A program made the translations under genes and the position numbers. A stretch of 64,000 bases of DNA from a virus (Duplodnaviria; Caudoviricetes), in IMG/VR virus record IMGVR_UViG_3300027278_000012, positions 8,121 to 72,120 of that record; one strand, given 5' to 3'. Of this stretch, positions 1-11,900 are shown one piece after another. Below the pieces are notes generated by a model. The model searched no databases. It saw nothing but the letters and a program-made list of their open reading frames with translations, and was not told the DNA's origin. The first letter of the stretch is position 1, and every line of letters starts with the position of its first letter.

Positions 1-1
1 A

Positions 2-3000
2 TTAGGTCCTCAAGGAGTTGGTTCAAAAGCAGAAGATAATACATGGTCTAAAGTGGGAGGAGCGTTAGGTAAATATGCAGGACCAGTTGGAGATGTTATT
101 AGTGGTATTGGAGAATTAAAGAAAGAGAAAGAAGCAAGAAAAGCTGCTGAGCAAGCAAGAGATGTAAGTAAAATATCTCTTCAAGCAGCAACAAGTGTTG
201 ATGTAGATGCAAGAAGACAACAATCTGAAAACATAGCTAAGCAAAGAGAAGCACAAATGCCAGTTAATACAGGAGAAGAATTCTTTCCTATATATGGTGT
301 AGGTACAAATGTTCTTGCTAGAAATGGTATGATGTTACAAGGTGGCGGTGAAATACAAAATACATATGATCCATATGATATATATGAAGATAGTGGATAT
401 GAGCCATTGAATGATAGTAACGTGAAACAATACTACCATGGTGGAAGATTACATAAAATGCAAGATGGTGGAGGAACTCCTTGGGGAGCTATTGGACAAA
501 AAGCTACAGGCATAGGACAATCATTAATGGGTGGTCAAAATGCTGGTGGTAAAATTGGTGGTACAATAGGTTCAAGTATTGGTAATGCTATTGTTCCAGG
601 ACTAGGTGGAGCTATTGGTGGATTTGTTGGAGGATTAGCTGGTAATGCTTTAGATACTAATGCTAAGAGAATGAAGAAAGCACAAGATGCTACACAAAGA
701 AATATGCAAGGAATGGCTAATGCTAATATGGCTAAAGGTATTCAAGCACAGAACCAATCATATATGGAAGATGGTGGATGGGTATCTAACGATTGGACTC
801 CACAAGTTATAGCTTCATTCGGTGGTCTCGATGAACAAGAAGTATATGACTATGCACATGAAGGAATGGATACACTAAGAGCTGGTGGACATTTAAGAGA
901 TTACACACCTCCTAGTGATAGAGCTATGGAAATATATGAAGATGGTGGAGAGATTCAATCTTATGGATTAGGTGGAGAGTTACAAACACATTGGGGTGGA
1001 GGAGCTGAAACTATTTCACGTAACCCTTACTTACCTGGTACAGGAGAAACAATTATGTTTAGAGGTAAGAGTCATGAAGAATATTCTCCAAATGGAGAAA
1101 CAGGAATTGGTGTTACATATGGTGGTAACCCAGTAGAAGTAGAAAGAGGAGAACCTATGGTAGAATTAGAAGAAGGTGGAACAATAGATCCTGAAACAGG
1201 AGAAGTTCAAAAATCAGGAGTGGTGTTTGGTAATCTTCAAATACCTAATCAATATATAGATATGTTAGGAGATAAAAATGCAAAAGGTAAAAAGTTTAAA
1301 AACTATGTAGCTGATTTATCTAAGATAGAAGAAAAACAAAATACTATCATAGATAAATCATCTAAAGAACTTAATGCTCTTGATCCTGTAAACTCTTTTG
1401 ATAAATTAAAACTTACAGCATTGCAAGCTAATATACAAGGAGCTAATATGAAACTTAAAGATCTTGCTGATAAAAAGATAAATGCAGCTTCTCTTCAGAA
1501 TGCTATCAATGATACAGCAGAAGAACATGGATTAGTTGCTGATGATCTTGCTAGAGGTAAAGCAAAGGTTGATAAAAAAGCTTTACGAGACTATGCTGAA
1601 TATGGTAAACAAATGTTTGCAGATGGTGGTTCTATAATTGATCCTTTAGAACAATTAAAAGAATTACTAGGAAATAAAGGATTTGATTATAAACAATCAA
1701 GTGGTATAAGAACAGGTTCAAAAACTAAACAAGGAAAAGCATCTAGACATAGTACTGGAGAAGCTATGGATTTAACATTTCCTAAATTAGGAAAAGATTC
1801 ATACAACGCAATGTTACAAGATCCTGAGATAGCTCAATTCATGTTAGATAATAATCTTACAGCTATAGATGAATATGATGATGACATAAGAAAACAAACA
1901 GGAGGATCTGGAGGACATTTGCATATTGGATTAGATAAGGGTACAGCTGTTGCAGATAGATTTAGAAATCAAGCTCAAGCATTGTATGGTGCTAAAACAC
2001 CAGCTACTACAACTGACAATACTACTAGTGCAGCAACTACTACAACTGAGATTACTAAACCTCCAAAAATGACAACAGCAGAAGCTATTAGTAAAGGATT
2101 TAAATACAATCCAACAACTAAGCAATATGAAAAAACAGTTAAAGGAGTACAAGCAACTGATACTGCAACAAATGAAGGGACAGCATTAGAGAAAATTCCT
2201 GCAGGACAAAAACGTGGTACATCAGGTTTGTATGGTAAAGTGACACAAGAAGCTTTTGATACAGCTAAAAAAGAAAACCCTTGGTTTGATTGGACAGGTT
2301 TTGATCCTTCTAAGAAAGCAGATGTATTACGTTATCAAAATGCATTTAACACTAAAGCTAAAGAGATTGGATCAAAAGCTTATGTTAAACCAGATAGTGC
2401 ATTTGGAGAACAAACAGCAAGTGCTAGAATAGCTCAAGCTAAACAACAAACTCCTCCTGCTGATAGAGTAGAGATAGCAGATGTATACGAACCTGAAGCA
2501 ACAACAACTACAGAAGAAACTACTAAAACAAATTGGTGGGACACAGCATCAACTGCATTTAATGCAATACTTCCTAGTATTAGACCAAGTGATGCAGAAG
2601 GATTAGATACAGCTCAGTTATATCCAGAGATGTTTGCTATGGCTACTAACCAAGTGGCTCCTGTACAAGCACAAACATTCCAACCTGATTTAGGAGTTCC
2701 TTATGATATATCATATCAAGATCAGTTGAATGCTAATCAAGCAGACTATAGAGCAGCACAAAGAATGATGGGTTATAACCCAGCAGCTCAAGCTAATCTA
2801 AATGCACAGAAGTATCAGGCTAACCAATCTGTATTAGCTGATCAGTTCAGAGCTAACCAAGCAATGAAAGATAAAGTGTATGGTGAGAATAGAAACATGC
2901 TTAATCAAGCTAAACTTACTAACCTTGGTATCTTTGATAAGCAATACGAAAGACAAACAGAAGCATTAGCTAATACAAAAGCTACAACACAAGCTGCTTT

Positions 3001-3301
3001 GAATTCTATATCTGATAAGTATGCTAAGAATAAATTAGAGAACAGAGAGTTGAAAACATATGAGAATATGTACAACTATAGATTTGGTCCTAACTTCAGA
3101 GCACAGAACATGAATCCTTTAGCACAGTTTGATACAGATTATAAAGGAGCTTCAGCAGAAGAACTCGATGCTATGTCAGCTTATAAAAAAGCATTAGCTA
3201 AAAGAGAAGCTGCTGAAGAAAAGAAAAAGAAACCTTCATTAGCTGGAGAAAGTATTGCCAAAAGAAATGGTTCTATCGTAAAATCTTACAAGAATATATA
3301 A
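2..3301 (+). CDS. Virion cargo/ejection-type protein (5' partial) with Gly-zipper segments and an embedded peptidase M15-like domain
   Basis: Frame is open from position 2, so the track start at 53 is internal. Gly-rich hydrophobic stretch GLGGAIGGFVGGLAG; SRHSTGEAMDL ... GHLHIG fits the M15 Zn-ligand pattern; lies upstream of the vRNAP gene block. Confidence 0.6.
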   Translation, partial: LGPQGVGSKAEDNTWSKVGGALGKYAGPVGDVISGIGELKKEKEARKAAEQARDVSKISLQAATSVDVDARRQQSENIAKQREAQMPVNTGEEFFPIYGVGTNVLARNGMMLQGGGEIQNTYDPYDIYEDSGYEPLNDSNVKQYYHGGRLHKMQDGGGTPWGAIGQKATGIGQSLMGGQNAGGKIGGTIGSSIGNAIVPGLGGAIGGFVGGLAGNALDTNAKRMKKAQDATQRNMQGMANANMAKGIQAQNQSYMEDGGWVSNDWTPQVIASFGGLDEQEVYDYAHEGMDTLRAGGHLRDYTPPSDRAMEIYEDGGEIQSYGLGGELQTHWGGGAETISRNPYLPGTGETIMFRGKSHEEYSPNGETGIGVTYGGNPVEVERGEPMVELEEGGTIDPETGEVQKSGVVFGNLQIPNQYIDMLGDKNAKGKKFKNYVADLSKIEEKQNTIIDKSSKELNALDPVNSFDKLKLTALQANIQGANMKLKDLADKKINAASLQNAINDTAEEHGLVADDLARGKAKVDKKALRDYAEYGKQMFADGGSIIDPLEQLKELLGNKGFDYKQSSGIRTGSKTKQGKASRHSTGEAMDLTFPKLGKDSYNAMLQDPEIAQFMLDNNLTAIDEYDDDIRKQTGGSGGHLHIGLDKGTAVADRFRNQAQALYGAKTPATTTDNTTSAATTTTEITKPPKMTTAEAISKGFKYNPTTKQYEKTVKGVQATDTATNEGTALEKIPAGQKRGTSGLYGKVTQEAFDTAKKENPWFDWTGFDPSKKADVLRYQNAFNTKAKEIGSKAYVKPDSAFGEQTASARIAQAKQQTPPADRVEIADVYEPEATTTTEETTKTNWWDTASTAFNAILPSIRPSDAEGLDTAQLYPEMFAMATNQVAPVQAQTFQPDLGVPYDISYQDQLNANQADYRAAQRMMGYNPAAQANLNAQKYQANQSVLADQFRANQAMKDKVYGENRNMLNQAKLTNLGIFDKQYERQTEALANTKATTQAALNSISDKYAKNKLENRELKTYENMYNYRFGPNFRAQNMNPLAQFDTDYKGASAEELDAMSAYKKALAKREAAEEKKKKPSLAGESIAKRNGSIVKSYKNI

Positions 3302-3342
3302 TTAAACTCATTATAAAACATTACTACAAAATGTTATTAAAT

Positions 3343-3373
3343 TTTGATAGTATAATAATTTAAATTAAATTTG
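3343..3373 (+). promoter_or_regulatory. Bacteroidota sigma-A type promoter (-33 TTTG, -7 TAAATTTG)
   Basis: TTTG at 3343-3346, 19-nt spacer, TAAATTTG at 3366-3373, in the intergenic gap before ORF 3411. Confidence 0.65.
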
Positions 3374-3410
3374 CTAATCTACATATTTATATGTATTAAA
3401 ATAACAGACT

Positions 3411-5939
3411 ATGGCTTCATGGGCAGATAAAATACCAACTTTCAATCCTTACGTACAACAACTTCCTGTAGATGCTATGGTGAAGGTTGGTATGGCTAAA
3501 CAAGCTCAGTATGAGGAAGGGGTACAAAAGATACAAACAAGTATTGACAATGTTGCAGGACTTGATGTTGCTAATGATGTAGATAAAAAGTATTTACAAT
3601 CTAAACTTAACTCATTAGGTAATAACTTAAAATTGGTAGCTGCTGGAGATTTTTCTAATTTCCAGTTAGTCAACTCTGTTTCTGGTATGGCTAAGCAAAT
3701 TACCAAAGATCAGAACGTAATCAATGCTGTAAGTTCTACATCGTGGTTGAGAAAGCAACAAGCTGAAATGGAAAAAGCTATTTCAGAAGGAAAATCTTCA
3801 CAAGCTAATCAATGGGACTTTGGAGAAAAGGCAAATAGATATTTAAATTCTACTAAAGCTGGAGAAAAGTTTAATGGAAGATACACTCAATATACAGATG
3901 TAAACAAAAAATGGTTAGAAGTTTTTAAAACTTTACATCCTAGTATAACAGAAGAGGATATGCCATATGTTAAAAATAATGATGGCACTATAAATTATGG
4001 TAAGACAGCTGCAGCAATGACTGAAATAAGTAAAGAAACAGTATCTGAACAACAGATAGCAGATGCATTACGTTCTAGTTTAACTCCTGATGATCTAAAT
4101 CAATTATCTATAAATGGTAGATACCAATTTCAAAGTGCTGGTCCAGAACAATTAAATCAATACTCTACAAAAAAATATGAAAGTGCAGTTAAAGGATATG
4201 ATGGTTATATAAAACATTTTGAAGGTCTTGCTAACATGAGCAATGCTGATCCTGAAGTAAAGAAACAAGCATTAGCATCAATTGATTATTATAAAAAAGC
4301 TAAAGAGAATGCTAAGATAGAATTATCAGAAGATCTTGAATTGTCAATTAGTAATCCCGATGAAGCTAAATCTAAAATTTATAAGAATGGAGCCATAGAA
4401 GAATTTGCACATGCCTATTCTTGGGAAAGTAATAAATTAAAAATTTCAGAAAATCCTATATTAAGTGCTGAGTACAAAGAAAAGAATTATCGTTTAGACG
4501 TGGCTAAATATGATTTATCTGTTAAAGCTGAAAAATTTAACCAATGGAAAGATATAAAAACTTTAGAAAATTCAGATAGAGATTATGATTTAAAACTTAA
4601 AGAGTTAGTTCTCAAAACTACAGGAAGTCAAAGTGGTGCTGTTGTATATGGTGGTAAAGCTACAAATATAAAAGATCCATTAACAGCTATGAATAATGAT
4701 GCTGTAGAGTCTGACGCTGCTGCTAATTCTATTATATCTAAGTATGCAAAAGCAAACAATGTTAATTTTGATACAGCACAGAAAAGATTTGAAGCATACA
4801 GAAGAGGAGATAAAACTGCTATTGATAGTAGATGGCAAGGTGAAGCTCAAAACTGGAAAAAGAATACAACAGAATCTGAAAATATTTTAGAAGCAATTGC
4901 CTTAACTAAAAAAGAAGTATATAGTTCTGATGAAGCTAAAATAGCTAACGCTAAATTTAAAGCTGATGTTAATGCACTTCCTGCTTTAAAATATAATATT
5001 AATGGTAAAGTGTACTCTTTTACGAAAGAAGAATTAGTTGAGTACACAAAAAAAACTAAACCTATCACTGCAACTTATGGTTTAAATATTACTAATAAAC
5101 CATTAACATTAAAAGAAAAAATTCTAGATAGTATTTCAAAAAATGATATTACAGCAGCAAATAATTTAAATAGATATCGTGTTGCTGTTGATAATAACTA
5201 TAGAAATATTAAAAAATTAGATGATAGAGTTAATGAGATATTGTTAGATAGAAATGGATCATATGTTCCAGCTGTCTATAATATGAATGTAACAAATAAA
5301 GAAGGTGCTACGTCTAGAGATAATATGGAAGGAATAGCTATGAATGCATTATTAAAATTTGGTACAACACTAGGAGGTCAAAAAGGAGGTGCAGAAACTT
5401 TAAGTGCTGACAAAGTTAATATAGCAAGAGGGTGGTTAGCTGGAGAAGGTAAAGATGATATACAGTATAAAAGACTTAAACAAGGTAAAAAGCAATATAT
5501 TGTAATGATTAAAGGTGCTGAAGAAATTGTTGTACCATTAACAAATGAAGAAATACCGTTTCTACCTAAAAATGAAAATGAACCTTCTCCTGTAGAAGCT
5601 GATGTAATATCATTACAAGAAAAATTTAACGGTACAACAAATTATAAACATATTCCTCATAAAGGATATTTTCAACCAGAAGATTTTACAAATGTTAAAA
5701 ACTTAAATGTAACAGCTGATCTTGAATGGGATGAAAGTAATCATTCATTGAATTACATTAACTATAATATTAAACTTCCATCAGGTTGGTATTACATGCA
5801 ACTAGAAGGATATAAAATGAGTGCTGATGAAGCTGCAAAAGTTATACAAGGAAATACAGATAATCAGATAAAGCAACTGTTCTTAAATAATCCTAAAGTT
5901 GGTTCAAAGATTAAAAAAGAAATACTAAACCTTAAATAA
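3411..5939 (+). CDS. Large virion-associated protein preceding the virion RNAP (function unknown)
   Basis: 842-aa helical ORF in the position of the first of three giant genes typical of crAss-like phages. Confidence 0.55.
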   Translation: MASWADKIPTFNPYVQQLPVDAMVKVGMAKQAQYEEGVQKIQTSIDNVAGLDVANDVDKKYLQSKLNSLGNNLKLVAAGDFSNFQLVNSVSGMAKQITKDQNVINAVSSTSWLRKQQAEMEKAISEGKSSQANQWDFGEKANRYLNSTKAGEKFNGRYTQYTDVNKKWLEVFKTLHPSITEEDMPYVKNNDGTINYGKTAAAMTEISKETVSEQQIADALRSSLTPDDLNQLSINGRYQFQSAGPEQLNQYSTKKYESAVKGYDGYIKHFEGLANMSNADPEVKKQALASIDYYKKAKENAKIELSEDLELSISNPDEAKSKIYKNGAIEEFAHAYSWESNKLKISENPILSAEYKEKNYRLDVAKYDLSVKAEKFNQWKDIKTLENSDRDYDLKLKELVLKTTGSQSGAVVYGGKATNIKDPLTAMNNDAVESDAAANSIISKYAKANNVNFDTAQKRFEAYRRGDKTAIDSRWQGEAQNWKKNTTESENILEAIALTKKEVYSSDEAKIANAKFKADVNALPALKYNINGKVYSFTKEELVEYTKKTKPITATYGLNITNKPLTLKEKILDSISKNDITAANNLNRYRVAVDNNYRNIKKLDDRVNEILLDRNGSYVPAVYNMNVTNKEGATSRDNMEGIAMNALLKFGTTLGGQKGGAETLSADKVNIARGWLAGEGKDDIQYKRLKQGKKQYIVMIKGAEEIVVPLTNEEIPFLPKNENEPSPVEADVISLQEKFNGTTNYKHIPHKGYFQPEDFTNVKNLNVTADLEWDESNHSLNYINYNIKLPSGWYYMQLEGYKMSADEAAKVIQGNTDNQIKQLFLNNPKVGSKIKKEILNLK

Positions 5940-5946
5940 TAAACCT

Positions 5947-8900
5947 ATGCCAGATTTTGATAAAAATCTTCAACCTATAATTGAAAGTACAAAGTTTCCT
6001 GGATTTGATTTAAATGTACAAGAAGTAAGACCACAACCTATGCCAGATCTGTTATCAGGGTTTGGTGGAGGAACTTCTGATCATACTGAAAAAGATATTT
6101 ATGATATATTAGGACAAGCTCAAGCAAATTCTAGACAGAAAGGTAGAGGTGTTAGGGTTATGGATGCTCAATTAGTAGCTAATAAAAGATATGATTTCTT
6201 TAATCCTACTATAGAGAACTATGAAGACTTTGCATCTTATGGTCAATCTGGTTGGGAGAAAGCTAGGAATGGTGTACTTAAAGGAACTAATCTAGCAGGT
6301 ACAACAGTACTTGGTGGGTTTGGTATGTTATATGGTATAGGTAAATCTTTGTTTGGTTCAGAACATAAACTATCTAGTATATGGGATAATGAGATTATGC
6401 AAGGGTTAGATAAATGGAATAACAAAGTTGATCAAGAGTATCTACCTAATTACTATTCTGAAAAAGAAACAAATGCAGATTGGTATGATAGAGATAACTG
6501 GATGACTACTAATTTTCTATTTGATAAAGTTATTAAGAATGCTGGATTTGCTGTAGGAGCAGTATATTCTGGTAACATAGCTAATGGAGTGTTAGGTGCA
6601 GCTGGTGCTGTTATAGGAGAGTCAGCTATGGCTAGAGCTATAGCTATGGAATCTTCTCAAGTATTCAAAGCATTTGCTCCATTATTAAAGAATACAGCAA
6701 GAGCTTTTTCTAAAGCTAAAAATATTGAAGCTTCGGAAGTATTAAAAAAAGGTATAACATCTATTGCAGATGTAGCAGACCAATCTTCACAGATAGCAAA
6801 AATTGCTAAGATAACAAATCAATTTAATAATTTTAGTGATGCTGCAAGAAGAACAGCAATAGCTGCTTATTCATCAGGAGGTGAAGCTACATTTGAAGCA
6901 TTACAAACTTCTAATGAGCATAGAACTAATTTAATTAATAATTATAAAAATACACATGGAGGAGTTGGTCCTACAGGAAAAGATTTATCAGATATTGATA
7001 ATGAAGTTGCTGATGTAGGAAGAGCTTCTTTCTTAGGTAATATGGCTTTGTTATCTATAACAGAATATGTGCAGCTTCCTAAGTTATTAGGAAGTTCATA
7101 CGCTGCTGAGAGACAAGCTTCAAATAGTTTATTAGGGAAAGCAGATGATGTTCTTCTTGACAAAGGGAAATATATAGCTAAAGAAGCTACAACTAAGTTT
7201 GGTAAATTATATAACAGAGCTGCAGGAGTAAGTAGATATGTTTTTGATCCTAAAGAAGGTGGTCAAGAATTAGGACAATATGCTTTACAAGTAGGAACAC
7301 AAAACTATTATAAAAAATCTAGAGAGACAGGTGCTGCAAATATGTGGACTGATGGATTTGTTTATGGATTTGTTGGAACAGATGAAAAAGGAGAAGATGT
7401 TGGAGCTTTAACTTCTAAAGCAGGTGCTGAAGGTGGTATAATAGGTGCATTTACTGGAGGAGTTATGCAAGCAAGATCAACTTATGCTACAAAGAAACAA
7501 GCTAAAACAGGAACTGCTAACTTTTTAAATTTACTTAATGATGCACCAACATTTAGAGATGCATTTAAAGATAAATTAGATTCAGCTAATAGAGGTATTA
7601 AACTTCAAGAACAACAACAAGATGCTGTACTTAGTGGTGATAAATTAGAAGCTATTGATTTAAGATCAGACATGGCTATAAACTATTTATCTGCTCGTAT
7701 CAAGTATGGTAGAATGGATATGGTACAAGATGATATTGCTGACTTAAGACAATATAGTATAACAGAAGAAGGACTTGCATCATTGAAAGAACAAGGACTT
7801 GCTAATATAAATGATACAAGAGAATCATATCAAAAAAGACTTGATAGTTTTGAAACTATGTCTAAGAACATAGAACAAATATACAAAGCAACTGACTTAA
7901 TGTATAGTGGTGCTATACTAAAAGATGAAAAAGGTGATCCTGTAGTATCTCCTGATGGAAAACAATTAAGAAAATATTCTCCACATGTAATTGATAAAAT
8001 GGTTTATTCAGCCAGTAAAATTACAGATTATGATCTTCGTATACCAGCAGTCAATGCATCACTTATAGCTGCTGGTGTTAATACAATGGATGTATTACAA
8101 AGTATCATATTAAACAATAAACCTAGTAGGGAAGCTACAGATGCAGCATTAAAACAAATTAATGAACTTGACATACGCTCTGACTTGAAAGATCAACTTA
8201 AAGCAGATCTATCAGATGTTATTGAATTATCTTTACGTAGAAAACTATTCTTACAAGAGCATGCTGATATAACAAAGAACCCATTAAATTATGAATACAA
8301 TCCAGAATTTGAATTTGGTGAGTCTGAAGAACTAGATGTCAAAGTAGAGCAACAAGAAAAAGTTAAAGGGAAAAGAAAACCTTTAATCACAGAGAAAGAG
8401 TTAGAAGTTAACAAAGAGTATTCATTAAAGGAACCTTTAAGAAAAGAAGGGTCTACATTACAGCTTGCTCCAAAGATCACTGTGCTTTCTCAAACATTAG
8501 GTGGTGAGTTTGAGGTGAGACTTCCTAATGGTCAAATAAAGTTTCTTACACCAACAGAGTTTAAAGAATATAACATTTCAGATGAAGATAATACTTCTGA
8601 AGAAATGGGTGATATCTTAGATAAAGCTATTGACACTGTATTAGATAAAGAAGAATATGCTGATTACAAAGATCAATTAGAAATAGCTGGTGCTGAAAAT
8701 GTCTTTAGTAAACGAGAATTTATAAATGATCTAGATGATCAAAAGTTAATTGATGCTATTGAGAAAGAGTTCAACGCTAAAACAAAAGATTTATTAGCAC
8801 AAAGAGAAAAAGAAAGAATAGCAAAAGAAAAACTTGCTGCCACTAAAGAAACTCTTGATAAAGAATTAGAAAAGTTAGCACCTACAGGAGGTTCTGTAGA

Positions 8901-11900
8901 AACTGTTAATATTGTTGCAGGAGAAATTATTGGTACTGAAGATAAAAGACCTGATGTTAGTATAGTTTTTTTAAAAACAATTTCTCCTTCTGAAGAAGAA
9001 AAGAATAAAGAAACTAATAATATTCCTCATATAAAAAGAGCTAGAACGTTCTTGAATAATTTGAAATTCTTTAAGAATAGAAATAAAATAAAAGCAATTA
9101 TTGTCACTCCTAATAATGCTGAAGCTTTAGGATTAAAAGGAATTGTACAACTATCAAACAACAAACTTGAATTCAATGAAGATGGTAGTGTAATAGATAA
9201 TCTTACAAAAGAAGAAACTGATGTTGAAATGGGTTTCATGGCTCAAGTGTTTATTACACAAACAGCTGAAGGAGATTTCTTTGTTAATGAAAAAGGAGAG
9301 AAGTTAAGTAAAATAGGTCCAGGTAATCCTACTATACTTAATGATGTTGTATTTCAAACAATGACTTCTGCTAGTTTAACTACAGAGGGAGGATATACAA
9401 AAATTAGAAAAGGTCAAGAGGAAAAAGCTGAAATAGCTTTAGAAGCATATAAGATATTTAGAGCTGATGTATTTGCTCAAGAAGGATATACACCTTATTC
9501 ATTTTCTATATCAAGAGGTATACCAAATCAAATTGTAGTTAATGGTGTATATGAAGACAATCACATGTCTGATATACTTGGACCAAATGCAGAAAAAATA
9601 ATAGCTGAACATAATGGATTGATTGAAGTTGTAACTACTGGACAAGTAGAAAACAATGCAGAACTATTATCTTTTAATGAAGGAACAGCATTAATTAGAT
9701 TTGGTGATCTTTTAGATTTTGCAAACAACAAAGTCTTAACTAATAAACAAGCTCAGAATGTATTTGCTGTAATAGATGCAATGGCTAAAGATTTAATTGC
9801 TAAATCTAGTACAGCTAAAGCAGGAAGACCAGACTATGGATATATTACATTCTTGAAAAATGTTCTGTATTTTAAATTTAAAGGAAACCCAACTACTCCT
9901 AGTCAAATAAGTCTTGATACTAAAACAATGGAGTTTAGAATTGGAGACAAATCTTTTGATTTATTTAAAATTGCTGACAATAAACAAGCAATAACAAATG
10001 CTCTTCAAGATGCATTTATTAGTGTTAACAATAAAACATTAGCTGAAGGAACATCTAAAAAGTTTACAGAATATGTAACTGATAAAGATGGAAATTTAAC
10101 AAAGGTTGTATGGACAAATTATCAATCATTTTTATTATCTGGTAAAAATCCTGATGGTTCTAAAAGATCTACAGGAGAAACTCCTTTGATTACACATACA
10201 GCCAAGCCTACAGATAATTTAAATTCATACAAACAGAAGTATGCATTTATAACAGATACAGGTGTTCTTCCTTATGATAGAGTGCCAGTTAAAGAAGTTA
10301 AACCAGCTCCTGTTGCAACAACACCAGGTGTAAAAAAAATTGGTAAGTATGAAGTAAATAATGGTAAAGAAGAAACTCTTGAAGTTGGATCAGGTCCTGT
10401 ATTATTTACAGCAACATTATCTCCAGAAGGAGTGATTGATGTGGATATGAAAGATAATGACACAATAGAGGCATTGTCTACAAACCAAGGAAAACTTAAT
10501 GAGTTTGAACAAAAACTTACAAGTGGTGCATCTAAAGAATACAAAGATGCATATGAAAAACTTTCAAATGAGGAACAAGTTAAATTATTTCTTTCTACAG
10601 CAATAAAACAAATGCTGGAAAAAGAATATGCAACACAATTAGAAGCTCCAGTAGTTGAAGAAGTGGTACAACCAATAGCTCCACCAGAAGTTGTAGCTCA
10701 ACAAGATGTAGAAGCTAAGAAAGCTGATATAGAAAATAATGATTTTGTAATTAAAATAAAAAAGATAGGACAGAGCTATGCAGGAGGAAAACAGTTTGTT
10801 AATACAAAACAAACAGGAAAAGAATTTTTAGAACAGGTTAATTATGAAATGTATGGTGAAAAAGTTCAAGCAGAACATTTATTATATTTTAAAGATAAAT
10901 TTGATGGAGCATTATATGATTTAATTAATAGAGGATATAAAGAGCTTACTGGTAAAACTTTTGAAGAGTATGATGCAGAACTAGCTGCTTTAGAAGGTGG
11001 TGAAGAAACAAATATAGGTAAAGAGATTACAGCTGTTGCACCTTTCAATAAAGGAACCATCACTGGTAAAATAATAAGTGTAACAGAAAACAAAGCTAAA
11101 AAAGGATTATATTCTATTACATTAGATAATGGAGAAAGAGTTTCAGGAAGTTTTGAAGATAATAAATTTACTTGGATACAGAATGAAGATACTCCATCAG
11201 AGAAACCATATGATCCTTCTAAGTTAAAAGGAAGAGATGATGCTCCTGAGTTTAGAATGGTGGGAGCAGCAGATGTTTCTGATAGAATGACTAACGCTGA
11301 GTTAGAAATATTCAAACAATGGCATGCAGAAAAAGTTCCTTTCATTCCTTTTGAAGTTCTTGAAAGAATGGTTAATGTGAATGACACTGAAGAAGCTTGG
11401 GGTGTATTTGAAAATGGTGTAGCTAAGTTTGTAAGAGGTGGATTAAGAGGTACAGAGTATCATGAAATTGGTCATGGTATATGGACTATGTTATCTACTG
11501 AAGAACAAGAAGCTTTATTAAATGAATTTAGATCTAAACCTGGTACATTTACAGATAGACAAAGTGGTAAGAAGATTGAGCATATAGATGCTACAGATAC
11601 TCAAGCTGAAGAAAGAATATGGGATGACTTCTCTGATTTTAGACTTGGTAAACTTCCTGCTAGATCATTAGGAGAAAGAGTTCGTAGATTATTTAAAATG
11701 GTTATGGACTTCTTCAAATCATTTGGAAGTAAACCATCATTAAAAGATGAATTATTTGAAGCAATTGAAGCTGGTAGATTTAAAGAAACAAAACTATCAA
11801 AGAGAGCCAAGACTATGGCTCCTAAATATAGAGCAATAGAAGGACTAACAGAAGAGCAAACTAACAACTATATCAATGATATGGTGGTTCAAGCTAGTCG

